DNA of 64,000 nt from Bdellovibrionales bacterium (lineage in GTDB: Bacteria > Bdellovibrionota > Bdellovibrionia > Bdellovibrionales > JAGQZY01). Under the pieces are notes generated by a model. It had not been told where the DNA came from, ran no database searches, and saw only the letters and a program-made list of their open reading frames with translations. The position numbers and the translations under genes were made by a program. Shown piece after piece: positions 9,223-19,490 of the stretch; position 1 is the first letter of the stretch; every line of letters starts with the position of its first letter. The stretch lies in assembly GCA_964230645.1 (NCBI GenBank), contig CAXRHT010000002.1:640001-704000 (forward strand), in the 5' to 3' direction.

Positions 9223-10668
9223 TTATGATACAATTTTATAGCACAAATTTTGATCCGAGGTCTTTTCTAAGAGTCCCAATTCTTCCATTCTCTGTAAGGC
9301 TCGATACCATTTATGAGAACTTAAAGGGATTTGGTCCATAACCTCGCGAGGTCGAAAGTTTGGACCAATATTATTATGTTTTAGCAGTTGCAGTAAAAAA
9401 TGCTCTTGTGCTGCAAACTGCATATTTTCATAAACAATCATTGCCGCTTTCGAATCAGGTCTTATTCGATAGCCAGACTGAGTGGAATGAATCTGTACAC
9501 CCAGGTCTTTTCCTTTTAAATGATTTATAGCTTTTTCCACCAGTCGGTAAACACGTTTGGGTGAAGAAACAGGATCGAAGAGCTCATCTGAGAAGAAGTC
9601 GTTAAATATTCGCCCAATGGTCCAAGGCCGATAAGCATCAGAGGCCATCAGCATTATAAGCCGGTGTTGTCCGAGTCCGGCCGGTAAATCCAAAGCTTTG
9701 TAATTAAAGGGGTCCCATTTTTTCTCTGGACTTCTTGCCCCCCCTTGAAACTCAAAACTATTTCCAAAGCTAGTCTCATTGAGATCCCTTAACATCACTT
9801 GGCGAAAAGAAGGAAAGGGAGTTCCGAAGTAAACCCCTTTGAGTAAATGAGATTCACCGAAAATTCGCCCCAGATGCCAATCGAAATCACGTAAACTCTC
9901 CCAATGCTTTTGCTTGCGAATCTCAATACGCAAAGACTCCACCTCTTCACTTTCTGGTTTTATTTTTCCAGCAAGACAAAGTGCGACCAAATACCACTTC
10001 TGGATGAAAAGACGCGTGGTCCCCTCTTGGCCGGAAGCGTACTCTAGAGCCCGTTTGAGAATTTCAAGAGCGAGCCCTGCGTTCCCTTCTTTAATACAAA
10101 GCTGCCCACGAGTCTCAAGACTATTAAGATAAACATGCCAGTATCCTGTTTTGGTTTCCCGCTGCAATCGACTGAGAATATCGTTGGCTTGACCAAATTC
10201 ATTATTCTCAACAAAACAATTGGCGAGATTTAGCTCTCCTAGCCACCGTTTTTTGGCATCGAGCTTCTGGTTATCCAGATATTGGATCAGTTCGTTTTGA
10301 GCACTCTTATAATCCCATCGATTGATATGGCAAAAAGCTGTGTGTAGACTTGCCTGTTCGTGCTCTTTCACTCTTGAAAGTAAGGTGAGAGCTTGATTAA
10401 TCAAACCCAATTTTCTTAAACCACTGGCATACTCAATAATTTCAAGAGGACTGGCATGACCTGTTCCATAGATTTGATTCTGCAATATCTTTAAAGAATC
10501 TTTGAGAAGCCCCACTCTTCTTGCCACCGAGGCGACACCTGCTAGGTCACGCTCGGGAATTTTGGCGAAATTAATTTCTTTAAGGATACGCTTCACCCTT
10601 ACTAACTCGTAGCGAGTCACAAGGGACTCAAGCTCCTGTCTCAAATTGATATAGTCGGGATTAGCCAT
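9223..10668 (-). CDS. TPR-like helical-repeat protein with probable C-terminal winged-helix DNA-binding domains
   Basis: Helical repeats in the N-terminal part; OmpR-like ...RVYRLVEKAINHL...STQSGYRI; terminal wHTH-like WYRALQRMEELGLLEK. Confidence 0.6.
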   Translation of the reverse strand: MANPDYINLRQELESLVTRYELVRVKRILKEINFAKIPERDLAGVASVARRVGLLKDSLKILQNQIYGTGHASPLEIIEYASGLRKLGLINQALTLLSRVKEHEQASLHTAFCHINRWDYKSAQNELIQYLDNQKLDAKKRWLGELNLANCFVENNEFGQANDILSRLQRETKTGYWHVYLNSLETRGQLCIKEGNAGLALEILKRALEYASGQEGTTRLFIQKWYLVALCLAGKIKPESEEVESLRIEIRKQKHWESLRDFDWHLGRIFGESHLLKGVYFGTPFPSFRQVMLRDLNETSFGNSFEFQGGARSPEKKWDPFNYKALDLPAGLGQHRLIMLMASDAYRPWTIGRIFNDFFSDELFDPVSSPKRVYRLVEKAINHLKGKDLGVQIHSTQSGYRIRPDSKAAMIVYENMQFAAQEHFLLQLLKHNNIGPNFRPREVMDQIPLSSHKWYRALQRMEELGLLEKTSDQNLCYKIVS

Positions 10669-10703
10669 TGCATTCTTATCGGCTATTGTGTGAAAATATC
10701 CAC

Positions 10704-11225
10704 ATGGGGGAAAAAAAGCTTACCGTCCTTATTTTTATCTTATTTGCGAGCAGTTTACTGTTGTTTCAAAACTGTGGTATCAATAATTTCACTGCCGGTG
10801 GAAATGGTGATCCGCACGAAGGTCTAGATACGGTCGACACCATTATCGATAACCCTACGGGCAGCCCCATCGGGCAAAACCCGGATGCGGGAAATCCCCC
10901 AGGTAACGAAACTTCAAAGCCTGGAAAAGAGATCGAGTACGTCTGTGAACTTGAGGGTAACGAATTTCAAACACTTTCCTTTGGAACCCAATCGGGTCAT
11001 CCTAGAATTTTTGTTTCCGACACCGGAGAGAGCGAAAAACAATTTTTTTGGGACCACAAGAGCTTAAACGCCCGACACGAAATATACCAACCCATCTCTG
11101 ATAAAACGATTTTAGAAATCGTCTTCTTTGATCAGCAAAACTTAAGGTTGGAAGTGGACTATTTTAGGCAAAATGAATCTCTAACAGCCACGGGCACTTG
11201 CAAAGAAGCCAAGCCCTCTCGCTAA
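10704..11225 (+). CDS. Lipoprotein with FQNC-type signal
   Basis: MGEKKLTVLIFILFASSLLLFQNC; start moved to ATG 10704. Confidence 0.75.
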   Translation: MGEKKLTVLIFILFASSLLLFQNCGINNFTAGGNGDPHEGLDTVDTIIDNPTGSPIGQNPDAGNPPGNETSKPGKEIEYVCELEGNEFQTLSFGTQSGHPRIFVSDTGESEKQFFWDHKSLNARHEIYQPISDKTILEIVFFDQQNLRLEVDYFRQNESLTATGTCKEAKPSR

Positions 11226-12220
11226 TTAGAAAAAAAGCTTTCAAATAACCAGTTGGCTAAAAAATCGGGATTGGCGTTCACTATGTCGTGAGGACCGCCG
11301 GTGAGTTCGGTGTAAGACCCTTGAAACTCCTGAGGAACGGCATTAAAACTCTCATCATAAAACCGATTATTGATAAACTGATCTCGCTCTCCTGTAAGTA
11401 AGTGGGTCGGCACATCCACTTCAGTGAGAATCTTTCGCAGATCATAGGGCCGAATTCCCTCAGTCAGAGCGTGAAGGGCATTAAAATAAACCTCTTCCTC
11501 ATCCTTCAGGTAGTCAGGTAAAAACTTTTCAAAATTTGAAGAGAGAACGGAATTTCTCTGGGAATCCATCCAGCTTTTGACAAATGGGTTCCAGCGAGAC
11601 AGGCCACTGAGTCCTCCGGCTCTCAGATCCCCCAAGTCCACCACGAAAGGATTCACCATAATCAGGTTTTGCACAAGGTCCGGACGAAGGCGAGCCACGA
11701 TAGCAGCAATCCCTCCGCCGTAAGAGAGGCCCACAAGATTCACAGGCTTTGTAGAAATCGCTTCGATAAAACTGATCACAGCTTCTACTTGCAAAGAGGC
11801 TGGTATTTCGTTACCTCGCCCAAACTCACCTTTTTCTTCCCATTGCTTTTTTAGAGAGTTTCCTGTCCCAAGCATATCCAGACGAACAAGGGGTATGCCT
11901 TTGCTGCGTGCTTCCCCGGCAAAGGCTTGCGAGTGCGGAAAGCTTAATGAAAGTCCATCAAGAAACACCGCCTTATTTTTTAAATTTTTACGGGGTTTCC
12001 AGTCATAGCCAAGGGTGAATTCTCCGTCCATCACTTCCACGAAATGCTTAGCCACAGCTTGATCCCAGAAAACATTGCGACACTGATTAGCGGCGAAACT
12101 TTTGACAGACCATCCAAATATTACAAGGTGAATGAGGCAAAACAAAAGCTTTCGAAAACTCCTAACGTACTGATATCGGGAACTCTCAGAGGAATTCAGA
12201 GGGTGACTAAAAAAGAACAT
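11222..12220 (-). CDS. Alpha/beta-fold hydrolase, probably secreted
   Basis: GLSYGG nucleophile elbow, DMLGTGNS, GERD acid, GPHD His. Confidence 0.85.
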   Translation of the reverse strand: MFFFSHPLNSSESSRYQYVRSFRKLLFCLIHLVIFGWSVKSFAANQCRNVFWDQAVAKHFVEVMDGEFTLGYDWKPRKNLKNKAVFLDGLSLSFPHSQAFAGEARSKGIPLVRLDMLGTGNSLKKQWEEKGEFGRGNEIPASLQVEAVISFIEAISTKPVNLVGLSYGGGIAAIVARLRPDLVQNLIMVNPFVVDLGDLRAGGLSGLSRWNPFVKSWMDSQRNSVLSSNFEKFLPDYLKDEEEVYFNALHALTEGIRPYDLRKILTEVDVPTHLLTGERDQFINNRFYDESFNAVPQEFQGSYTELTGGPHDIVNANPDFLANWLFESFFSN

Positions 12221-12378
12221 AGCCTCATTGTTTTCAATATCTATACCACCCGGAGTCCCCGTCTAAAAATTGGTCAGAGAAAATCGAGGAATTGCGAAAT
12301 CTTTTTAAAAATAAAATTGTTCTTACCTTTTGAAATCTTTTTTTTCTATTTTGTTAGCAAATAAAAAAGTGGGTCCCA

Positions 12379-13833
12379 ATGAAATTTGTTTTTCTTTTTT
12401 CGATCTTTTTACACTCCTATACAAGCTTTGCTCAAGAAGTCGCATTTCCAAGTCTGCCTTCCTCTCAAGTCCATGAACGCTACGGTGATATGCCAGGGAT
12501 GCTACAGTTTCGCGGCAATCCCAGTCATACTTTCTACGGCATGGGACCCGTGCCGAATAATCCTCGTATCCAGTGGCGCTACCCCGAATCCCCCATGAAG
12601 GGATACTCGAGTGTGGGTGGTAATCAAAGACTTTGGGTCGGCACCGGCTGGACTGGGCAACCCCTTGCATGGCCCGGCACGGATGGTCAGGGCTGGGAAG
12701 TGGTTTTCGGAGCTTACGATCATGACCTGCATTTTGTGGATTGGGCCACTGGTACTGAGCGCTCCAAGCCTTTTCCCACCAATGACATTATTAAGGGCAC
12801 ACCGACAATTGATCCCGATGGTTTTCCCTTGGTGTATCTTGGCTCAAGAGACAACTATTTTCGCATCATCGCTATGGACCAAGAGCCACGGGCCGAGCTT
12901 TGGAGTTTGAATGGACAAACAAGGCCCGGAAGGCGTTGGAACAATGACTGGGACGGTAACCCAACCATCATCGATGATTACCTCTTAGTGGGCGGAGAGA
13001 ATTCCCTATTTTATATTATCAAACTTAACCGTGGCTACGATGAAAATGGCAAAGTCAAAGTCGACCCCGAAATCTTAGTGGAAATGCCAGGCTACAATCA
13101 GGAACTCTTTAATCTCATTGGAGATGGGAACGTGAGCATTGAAAGCTCTGTGGCCGTTAGCGAGCACTACGCCTATTTTGCCAACTCCGGCGGACGAGTG
13201 GTGGGAATTGATTTAAGTCGACTTCCTACTATGAAAGATCCAGAAGATCTCATCTTTTTTGATTTTTGGGTGGGTGATGACACCGATGCCTCAATTGTGA
13301 TTGATGAAGAGGGTTTTCTTTATGTGGCAGTGGAAAAAGAGAGAAACCGCCGTAGTACGCGAGAGCGCCAAGAAGAGTTAGGACAACTCGTGAAACTCGA
13401 TCCTATGGCGCAATTGCAAGGTAGAGATCCGGTCATGTGGGAAAACCCACCGATTAATCTACCCAGTCGATCAGGAGGGGGAAGTTACGACGCGGGCATC
13501 TGGGCCACTCCGGCTCTATACAAAGGATACCTCTTTGTCCCCACTCACAATGGCCCTTTTTACATTATCAACAAAGATTCTGGTGAAGTGGTCTGGGAAA
13601 CCAATCTCGGCTGGCACTCTTGGTCTTCGCCTCTTGTTGTTGACGACCAACTGATTGTCGCCAACTGCACAGGAGATATCCTTCGTTACGATGTTTCAAA
13701 CCCTGAGAGTCCAGAGTTAATATGGACTTTCACTATTCCTTCAGAATCTTGCATCGAATCCACTCCCCTTTTATGGGAAGGACGTATTATTGTGGGAAGC
13801 CGCGATGGCTATGTTTATTCAATTGGGGATTAA
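12379..13833 (+). CDS. Secreted PQQ-like/BamB-like beta-propeller protein
   Basis: Signal peptide; repeated Trp-docking and S(S/T)P motifs (IESTPLLWEGRIIVGSRDG). Confidence 0.8.
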   Translation: MKFVFLFSIFLHSYTSFAQEVAFPSLPSSQVHERYGDMPGMLQFRGNPSHTFYGMGPVPNNPRIQWRYPESPMKGYSSVGGNQRLWVGTGWTGQPLAWPGTDGQGWEVVFGAYDHDLHFVDWATGTERSKPFPTNDIIKGTPTIDPDGFPLVYLGSRDNYFRIIAMDQEPRAELWSLNGQTRPGRRWNNDWDGNPTIIDDYLLVGGENSLFYIIKLNRGYDENGKVKVDPEILVEMPGYNQELFNLIGDGNVSIESSVAVSEHYAYFANSGGRVVGIDLSRLPTMKDPEDLIFFDFWVGDDTDASIVIDEEGFLYVAVEKERNRRSTRERQEELGQLVKLDPMAQLQGRDPVMWENPPINLPSRSGGGSYDAGIWATPALYKGYLFVPTHNGPFYIINKDSGEVVWETNLGWHSWSSPLVVDDQLIVANCTGDILRYDVSNPESPELIWTFTIPSESCIESTPLLWEGRIIVGSRDGYVYSIGD

Positions 13834-13836
13834 CAG

Positions 13837-15540
13837 TTATTCAGTGACCTCACTGATGCAGCGAACACCGGCTCCTGAAAAATTTATGGTTTGATTTTGA
13901 TCAAAAGCAAAACGGTAGCGGCCAGCGGTCGTGCCATCAGCCCAAAGGCCTCCCACAAGTCCGGCTCTATTGTCTGAATTATGAAGCCAAAACTTATCTC
14001 CATGGAAGTTTTCACTCGTGATGGGTACGAGAAGATCATCACTTTGACAAGCCGGTGGCGGGTCTTCAGAGGCCACCACTGTACAATTCAACGGAATCCC
14101 TAAGGGAATATTTAAATATGTAAAGGAATCCAAATCTTCTGAAAAAACATCAGAAGGTGCTACCTGCTCATTAAATACCAGCCCTTCTAACCAGTCATTG
14201 CTTGGATCTAAAGTGGAAGCCACACCCACATTGGAGTCGATTTCATCGGATATCCATTCATAAGCATTTCCCACAAGATCTTGAATACCGTAACGGGAAA
14301 CACAATTGTTGGTCTCCTCACTCCCAGCAACAAAAAAACCATTGCCACTTGTACCGGCTAAAAAATCTATATTTGTCGGTGGGTAGGAATCATCCCAGGC
14401 CAAACCGTGGCCGGAGTCGGTGTTACAATTTCCAGAAACATCAAGGCCAGCCTCAAGGTCGGTAATATCACCATCATTCAATGAGGAATCCCAAGAGCTA
14501 TAAGCCATAAAATCTCTTCTTGAGGAGAGCTTCATGGCTTGGCTCACTCCATCAACTTGCACACTGCGACCATTACAATAGGCAGCCGACTGTGTTTGTG
14601 AGGTGCGTGTGAAAGCGGGTACTTTGGCTAAGTTTCCTGACATAGCGATCTGCTGAGCGACCGAGCTACTAGAAAAAGCCTGCCAGGTTCCCGCACCATC
14701 TGTATTGATATAACAATGCCTTGTTCCTCTTCTATAGTAAACTGAATTCAAACTCGCAGTAATACCCGCTCCATTAGGATCGGCCGTACCATAGCAGTCG
14801 GTCGTTGACGACGCATCACCCGGGTCATGAGCGGAACATTGCCCCTGAGAATAGACACAGGAATTTTCAAAGCGGTCCACGAGCAAATGTTTGCCAAAAT
14901 CATAGTAGCCTTGTCCTTCAATAAGCTCTCCCCCAAAACCATTGAAAGGACAACGATAGTTTTCATCAAGCTCAACCCCTTGAGTCTCTCCCACACCACG
15001 CCCCATCTGTGAGCAAATATCGAGATTGACCATCCAGCGATGAACAAAAGAAAGGTTGGCCTGTGGTTTTATGATCTCAATTTCAGGAAGAAGACTCTCG
15101 CCTCGATATTCCTTGCCGTCGAGAACAATAGCCACTTGGTAAATATAACTCTGTCCAAGAACTAAAGAGGAGTCGGTGTCAATAAATCGAGTCTCAGAAA
15201 CAGTCGCAATCTTATTACTAAAATTATTTACGCCTTTAAGCCGACGGTAAACGGCGTATTCCACTTGGCCTTCAAAATCAGGCACCTGTGGCGTGGTCCA
15301 TGCCAGTCGAACGCAATGATTGGCCCCCTCACACTGAGAAGCGGTGTATCCACTTTCACTCAAGATATCTCCATTGCGATCCGTCTTTGGACCAATGCTA
15401 AAGACTTGCGAGTAATAAATATTTTGGGGAGAATAGACGGGCAATGACTCCGGAGTACCAGGGAGCATAACATCCGTACAGTGACACAGAAACAGAAAAA
15501 GTCCCAAAACGAGACGCTCAAACAATCGACGTACCTTCAT
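13837..15540 (-). CDS. Lipoprotein with FN3-like domain and C-terminal FGE-sulfatase (SUMF1/C-type-lectin fold) domain
   Basis: Lipobox-like LCHC; LAW...YAVYRR...FIDT...YIYQV (FN3); YGIQDLVGNAYEW...GGLW...GVRC (FGE fold). Confidence 0.75.
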   Translation of the reverse strand: MKVRRLFERLVLGLFLFLCHCTDVMLPGTPESLPVYSPQNIYYSQVFSIGPKTDRNGDILSESGYTASQCEGANHCVRLAWTTPQVPDFEGQVEYAVYRRLKGVNNFSNKIATVSETRFIDTDSSLVLGQSYIYQVAIVLDGKEYRGESLLPEIEIIKPQANLSFVHRWMVNLDICSQMGRGVGETQGVELDENYRCPFNGFGGELIEGQGYYDFGKHLLVDRFENSCVYSQGQCSAHDPGDASSTTDCYGTADPNGAGITASLNSVYYRRGTRHCYINTDGAGTWQAFSSSSVAQQIAMSGNLAKVPAFTRTSQTQSAAYCNGRSVQVDGVSQAMKLSSRRDFMAYSSWDSSLNDGDITDLEAGLDVSGNCNTDSGHGLAWDDSYPPTNIDFLAGTSGNGFFVAGSEETNNCVSRYGIQDLVGNAYEWISDEIDSNVGVASTLDPSNDWLEGLVFNEQVAPSDVFSEDLDSFTYLNIPLGIPLNCTVVASEDPPPACQSDDLLVPITSENFHGDKFWLHNSDNRAGLVGGLWADGTTAGRYRFAFDQNQTINFSGAGVRCISEVTE

Positions 15541-15547
15541 AGCTCTC

Positions 15548-15574
15548 TTATCGGTGCCAAGTAGGATAACTTAA
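15548..15574 (-). promoter_or_regulatory. Sigma-28-type promoter, leaderless geometry
   Basis: TTAAGTTA-N11-ACCGATAA, then 7 nt to the ATG. Confidence 0.65.
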
Positions 15575-15647
15575 TCTAATCTCACCCTTATAGCCCCCAT
15601 TAAATCATTACCCCGATAAAATTAGGGGTAATTTGAAGAAATAAATT

Positions 15648-15674
15648 TCAATATCGTTTTTAAATAGCCGATTA
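15648..15674 (+). promoter_or_regulatory. Sigma-28-type promoter of the CheA-like kinase
   Basis: TCAATATC-N11-GCCGATTA. Confidence 0.55.
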
Positions 15675-15749
15675 ATTAACCGTGACTGAAGGATAAACCC
15701 TTATTTTTAAATAATATTTGTCATAACCGAAGCAAAAGGAAAAAAAGAG

Positions 15750-17705
15750 TTGAGAACGATAGTACAGAAGTTGCAGTATTATTTGAAAAAAGTTTCGCTA
15801 CTAGGAATATCAAAAACCGAAACAGAATCCTCAAATAGGGTCACAATTTTTACCAACTTGATGGTCGTTATTGGTGTTTCAACAGGTACGAGCCTTTGTT
15901 TGCAAATACACCTCAACGGTATTTCTATTGTTTACTGCCTAGGAATTATTGGAGTGATACTAGTGTCCTTGGCGGTACTACTCCTGAATCATAGAAAGAA
16001 GTATTTTCAGGCGCGCTGTCTTGCAACATTCACTATAACAGCCATGGGGTGGAATTCTATTCTAGTTTTCGGGGGAGAGTTTCATGGAGAATACTCTTTT
16101 TTTGTCGGACTGATCTATAGCATTCTTGCATTTTCCGACAGGAAAAATTCGACCCGACTTTTCGCAGCTTCTCTGGTAAGTAGTAATTTAGCTATTAATG
16201 ATCTACTTCAATATCAGGAAATGGAGTCCATCACAGGATTGGTCCTTAAAGATTTTCCGGTGGTCGTATTGGTTACAAACAGTCTTCTTTTTGCTGGACT
16301 TGTAGGCACAATGATTTGGGTGGAGAAAAACAAAGCGGATAGTTACGAAGCCGATCTTAAACTGGCCTTATCAAACATAAAGAAAGAGAAGCAGAGAATT
16401 CAAGTCATTTTTGATAACGTCTCTCAAGGTATTATAACAGTGAATCAACAGTTAGCGATTGAACCTGACTACTCCTCTTTTACTGATGAGATTTTTCCAG
16501 GGAAGAATCTAGCGGGCCAAGATTTGATCGATTCGATTTTATCAAGAAGCACTCTTAGTGCTGACGAGCTACAGAAAATAAAGACGAGTATAGAATTTAG
16601 TTTGGGAGAAGACGAGCTCAATTGGGAAATGAATAAAGTGCACCTCCCCAAAGATCTCACAATCGTCGCTAATGATTCTACAAGATGCCTGGACCTTAAT
16701 TGGTCTCCTATTATCGAAAACTCTCAGGTAACCCAGGTCATCCTAAGCGTGACTGACGTGACAGAAAAAATGCAAGCGAACCAACTCCGTGAAGAGTCAG
16801 AAAAACAAACCCTTATGACCCAAGCTATTTTCGGTGTTATCGCCCATTGTGGAGTTAGCCAACTCACCGAAATAAATGTGACTCTCGAAAATATTGTTGC
16901 CAGTCTGAAGAGTGGTGATTTTAAAAAGAATCGATTAATATTTTCACGGGATCTTCATAGTTTAAAGGGAGAGGCCCGCCTTGTAAAACTTAACGACTTA
17001 GCAAACGAGATTCATCTACTGGAGTCAGAGATAGCCAATCAGGAAAACATTGAGGAAAATACCAAGGGCTACGCAAAATCCCTCTCTCTTTTTCTGAAAG
17101 CTTCGAACAAAATCACAAGCTCCATAAGAACCCAGCAAGAAAACTCGTGGTCTCTTCTAAGCTTTGCCGGAGCTCTCAAAGAAAGAACGAAAACACAAAT
17201 GACCTCATCGAACTCATTGGCAAACGAAGTGACTTTCTATTGTGAAGACGCGGTGAATGAATGGCCGGTTTCCTATATCAAACCTGTACAACAAATACTT
17301 CTTCATTCCGTGCAGAATTGTATTGATCACGGCTATATATTGCCTAAATTAGACCGGAAAATAGAGATTAAAATTTCTGCCCAAATGGAAAACCAGGAAA
17401 TTAAAATTCAAATTGAAGATTGTGGTGCTGGTTTAAACATGACCAAGATTATTTCGAAGTGGGAAAGTCTCCCTGAAGACCAAAAGTCCCTTTACCCGCA
17501 GCCTCTAGACCTTCTATTTTCTGATAATTTATCGACAGCCACAGAGGTGAGTTTAACCAGTGGACGTGGTGTTGGATTGGCGGCTGTGAAAGCGACCGTT
17601 GACAATATAGGCGGCCGAGTGAGTCTTAGTAATAATGCCGATGGCCCCGGCACCTGTTTAACGACCTATCTACCCCTTCCTCAAACTGCTAAGAAAGCCG
17701 CGTGA
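15750..17705 (+). CDS. Membrane-bound CheA-like histidine kinase (TM-PAS-Hpt-HATPase, no CheW domain)
   Basis: Several TM helices; IFDNVSQGI (PAS); RDLHSLKG (Hpt); NCIDHG, DCGAG and SGRGVGL (CheA-type HATPase). Confidence 0.85.
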   Translation: MRTIVQKLQYYLKKVSLLGISKTETESSNRVTIFTNLMVVIGVSTGTSLCLQIHLNGISIVYCLGIIGVILVSLAVLLLNHRKKYFQARCLATFTITAMGWNSILVFGGEFHGEYSFFVGLIYSILAFSDRKNSTRLFAASLVSSNLAINDLLQYQEMESITGLVLKDFPVVVLVTNSLLFAGLVGTMIWVEKNKADSYEADLKLALSNIKKEKQRIQVIFDNVSQGIITVNQQLAIEPDYSSFTDEIFPGKNLAGQDLIDSILSRSTLSADELQKIKTSIEFSLGEDELNWEMNKVHLPKDLTIVANDSTRCLDLNWSPIIENSQVTQVILSVTDVTEKMQANQLREESEKQTLMTQAIFGVIAHCGVSQLTEINVTLENIVASLKSGDFKKNRLIFSRDLHSLKGEARLVKLNDLANEIHLLESEIANQENIEENTKGYAKSLSLFLKASNKITSSIRTQQENSWSLLSFAGALKERTKTQMTSSNSLANEVTFYCEDAVNEWPVSYIKPVQQILLHSVQNCIDHGYILPKLDRKIEIKISAQMENQEIKIQIEDCGAGLNMTKIISKWESLPEDQKSLYPQPLDLLFSDNLSTATEVSLTSGRGVGLAAVKATVDNIGGRVSLSNNADGPGTCLTTYLPLPQTAKKAA

Positions 17706-17726
17706 GTTAAATCATTATTCTTACAT

Positions 17727-18296
17727 TTATTTAGTACCATCCAAACAGACTTCCACCTGTTTTAGGTGATTCATAAAAACACGGTCCATGGTCGTCGCCG
17801 ATGTATTGACCACACTCGCCACTCCCACCACAAACTCATCATCAGTGGTGTAAGTACCGGGCATTGCAACACAGGGCCCACCGCCCACCTCAACATGACC
17901 AATAGCAACTCCGACACTTCCTGTCGGATCCTCTGTCCAAGTTCGATAATCAGGACATGTTCCCCCACAATTGCAAATATTGCCTGAATTATAACAAGCA
18001 TCATCGTTGGGAATCTCGATAATCTCAGTTCCGTTAGAGGCTCTGAGCCTATAATTTTGCACTCCAGCCGGTTGAAATCCCGTTTGAACCAAATCACCAG
18101 GAAAAACGTTAAATTCTGTTCGAGTGGCATGGGCAGCGACATAATAAGTTTCTAACATTTTTAGCCCTCCCTGCCTGAGAGCACGTCCCTTAAAAGATTT
18201 GTAACTTGGGATGGCCATGGTGGAAAGAATTCCGATCAATGCGACCACAACGAGAAGTTCGATCAGAGAAAACCCGGACTGATTGTTGTATTTCAT
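17727..18296 (-). CDS. Type IV pilin / prepilin-like protein
   Basis: MKYNNQSG|FSLIELLVVVALIGILSTMAIP class III signal; Cys-rich head. Confidence 0.9.
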   Translation of the reverse strand: MKYNNQSGFSLIELLVVVALIGILSTMAIPSYKSFKGRALRQGGLKMLETYYVAAHATRTEFNVFPGDLVQTGFQPAGVQNYRLRASNGTEIIEIPNDDACYNSGNICNCGGTCPDYRTWTEDPTGSVGVAIGHVEVGGGPCVAMPGTYTTDDEFVVGVASVVNTSATTMDRVFMNHLKQVEVCLDGTK

Positions 18297-18632
18297 ACTA
18301 TCCCTTTTCTTGAACCGCCAAAAAGCTGTAGGAATTTTAATGTAATAACAGTTCAAATATTAATGCCGAGCTTATATCAAGTATATTTGTTAATTTTTAT
18401 CAGGGCAAAATAATAACTAAGACTGTTAGCTTCTGAGACCCTTTTCCAACCTTATTGAGACAACGGCACTAAGCCCCCTCCAGTAAATTTAAGCACTGCC
18501 GTTCGAAAATGTTCCTCTCTCATACTGTTTCCATAAAAAAACATAGAGGACCTGCACAAAATCACGCACCCCGCTATAGACGCTTCCCCCCTGTAGTGCT
18601 TCAATAAGGAGTCAATAAAAATGAGGTGTCCC

Positions 18633-19409
18633 ATGAAAAGTATGTTCAAGATTTTTGTGAGCTGTGCAATGCTTACGGGTCTAGCGGCCTGTGTCTCCAA
18701 CAGTACGCATGAAGATCTTCAAAACAGATATCAAAGCTTGCAACAAGAGCAGGAACAAGCCCAAACCAAAATTGCAGAACTGGAAACTTTGATCGCCCAG
18801 TTGGAACAAGACCTGGGAAAAGCCAGTGCCAATAAAAAATCCATGAGCCAGTCGATCAGCCATATGAAAGAGGCTCTCAAAGAAGCCTCGGAGCGCAAAA
18901 AGGAAGTGGAAAAGCGCTTGGATGAATTTAGAAAGCTTATCTCACGCTTTAAATCCTTAACCGACGCGGGAGAGCTTTCTATTCAAATCAAAGACGGTCG
19001 AATGGTTGTGGTCCTTCCCAGTGATGTTTTATTCAACTCCGGGTCAGCGAACCTCTCATCAAAAGGAACACAAACCATCCAAAAAGTGGCCAAACTGCTA
19101 GTCACCATTGCTGATAAACAGTTTCAAGTGGAAGGTCATACCGACAATGTGCCCATCCGTTCGGCTCGATTTCCCTCAAACTGGGAATTGGCCTCAGGTC
19201 GTGCGTTGACAGTCCTAAAAATTATGGTCGACGCTGGTATGCCGGAGAACCGAATCAGTGCGGCAAGCTTCGCTGACACAAAACCAGTGGCTAGTAATTC
19301 GACCGAAGAGGGTAAAGCTCTTAATCGACGCATCGATATCGTGGTTATTCCCGATCTCTCTTTACTTCCTGGATACGAGGAACTGCAACGTTACTCGCAA
19401 GAGAAGTAA
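18633..19409 (+). CDS. OmpA/MotB-family peptidoglycan-binding lipoprotein with coiled coil
   Basis: Lipobox LAAC; EGHTDNVPI...SNWELASGRA...NRRIDI. Confidence 0.9.
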   Translation: MKSMFKIFVSCAMLTGLAACVSNSTHEDLQNRYQSLQQEQEQAQTKIAELETLIAQLEQDLGKASANKKSMSQSISHMKEALKEASERKKEVEKRLDEFRKLISRFKSLTDAGELSIQIKDGRMVVVLPSDVLFNSGSANLSSKGTQTIQKVAKLLVTIADKQFQVEGHTDNVPIRSARFPSNWELASGRALTVLKIMVDAGMPENRISAASFADTKPVASNSTEEGKALNRRIDIVVIPDLSLLPGYEELQRYSQEK

Positions 19410-19432
19410 GCTTGAGAGGCACACTTGCTTTT

Positions 19433-19475
19433 AAAAATAAAAAAAAGGGGCTTTTAAAGCCCCTTTTTTTATTTT
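19433..19475. terminator. Bidirectional intrinsic terminator
   Basis: A-tract-GGGGCTTT-t-AAAGCCCC-T-tract between convergent genes. Confidence 0.85.
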
Positions 19476-19490
19476 GCTTTTCTATTTTTT

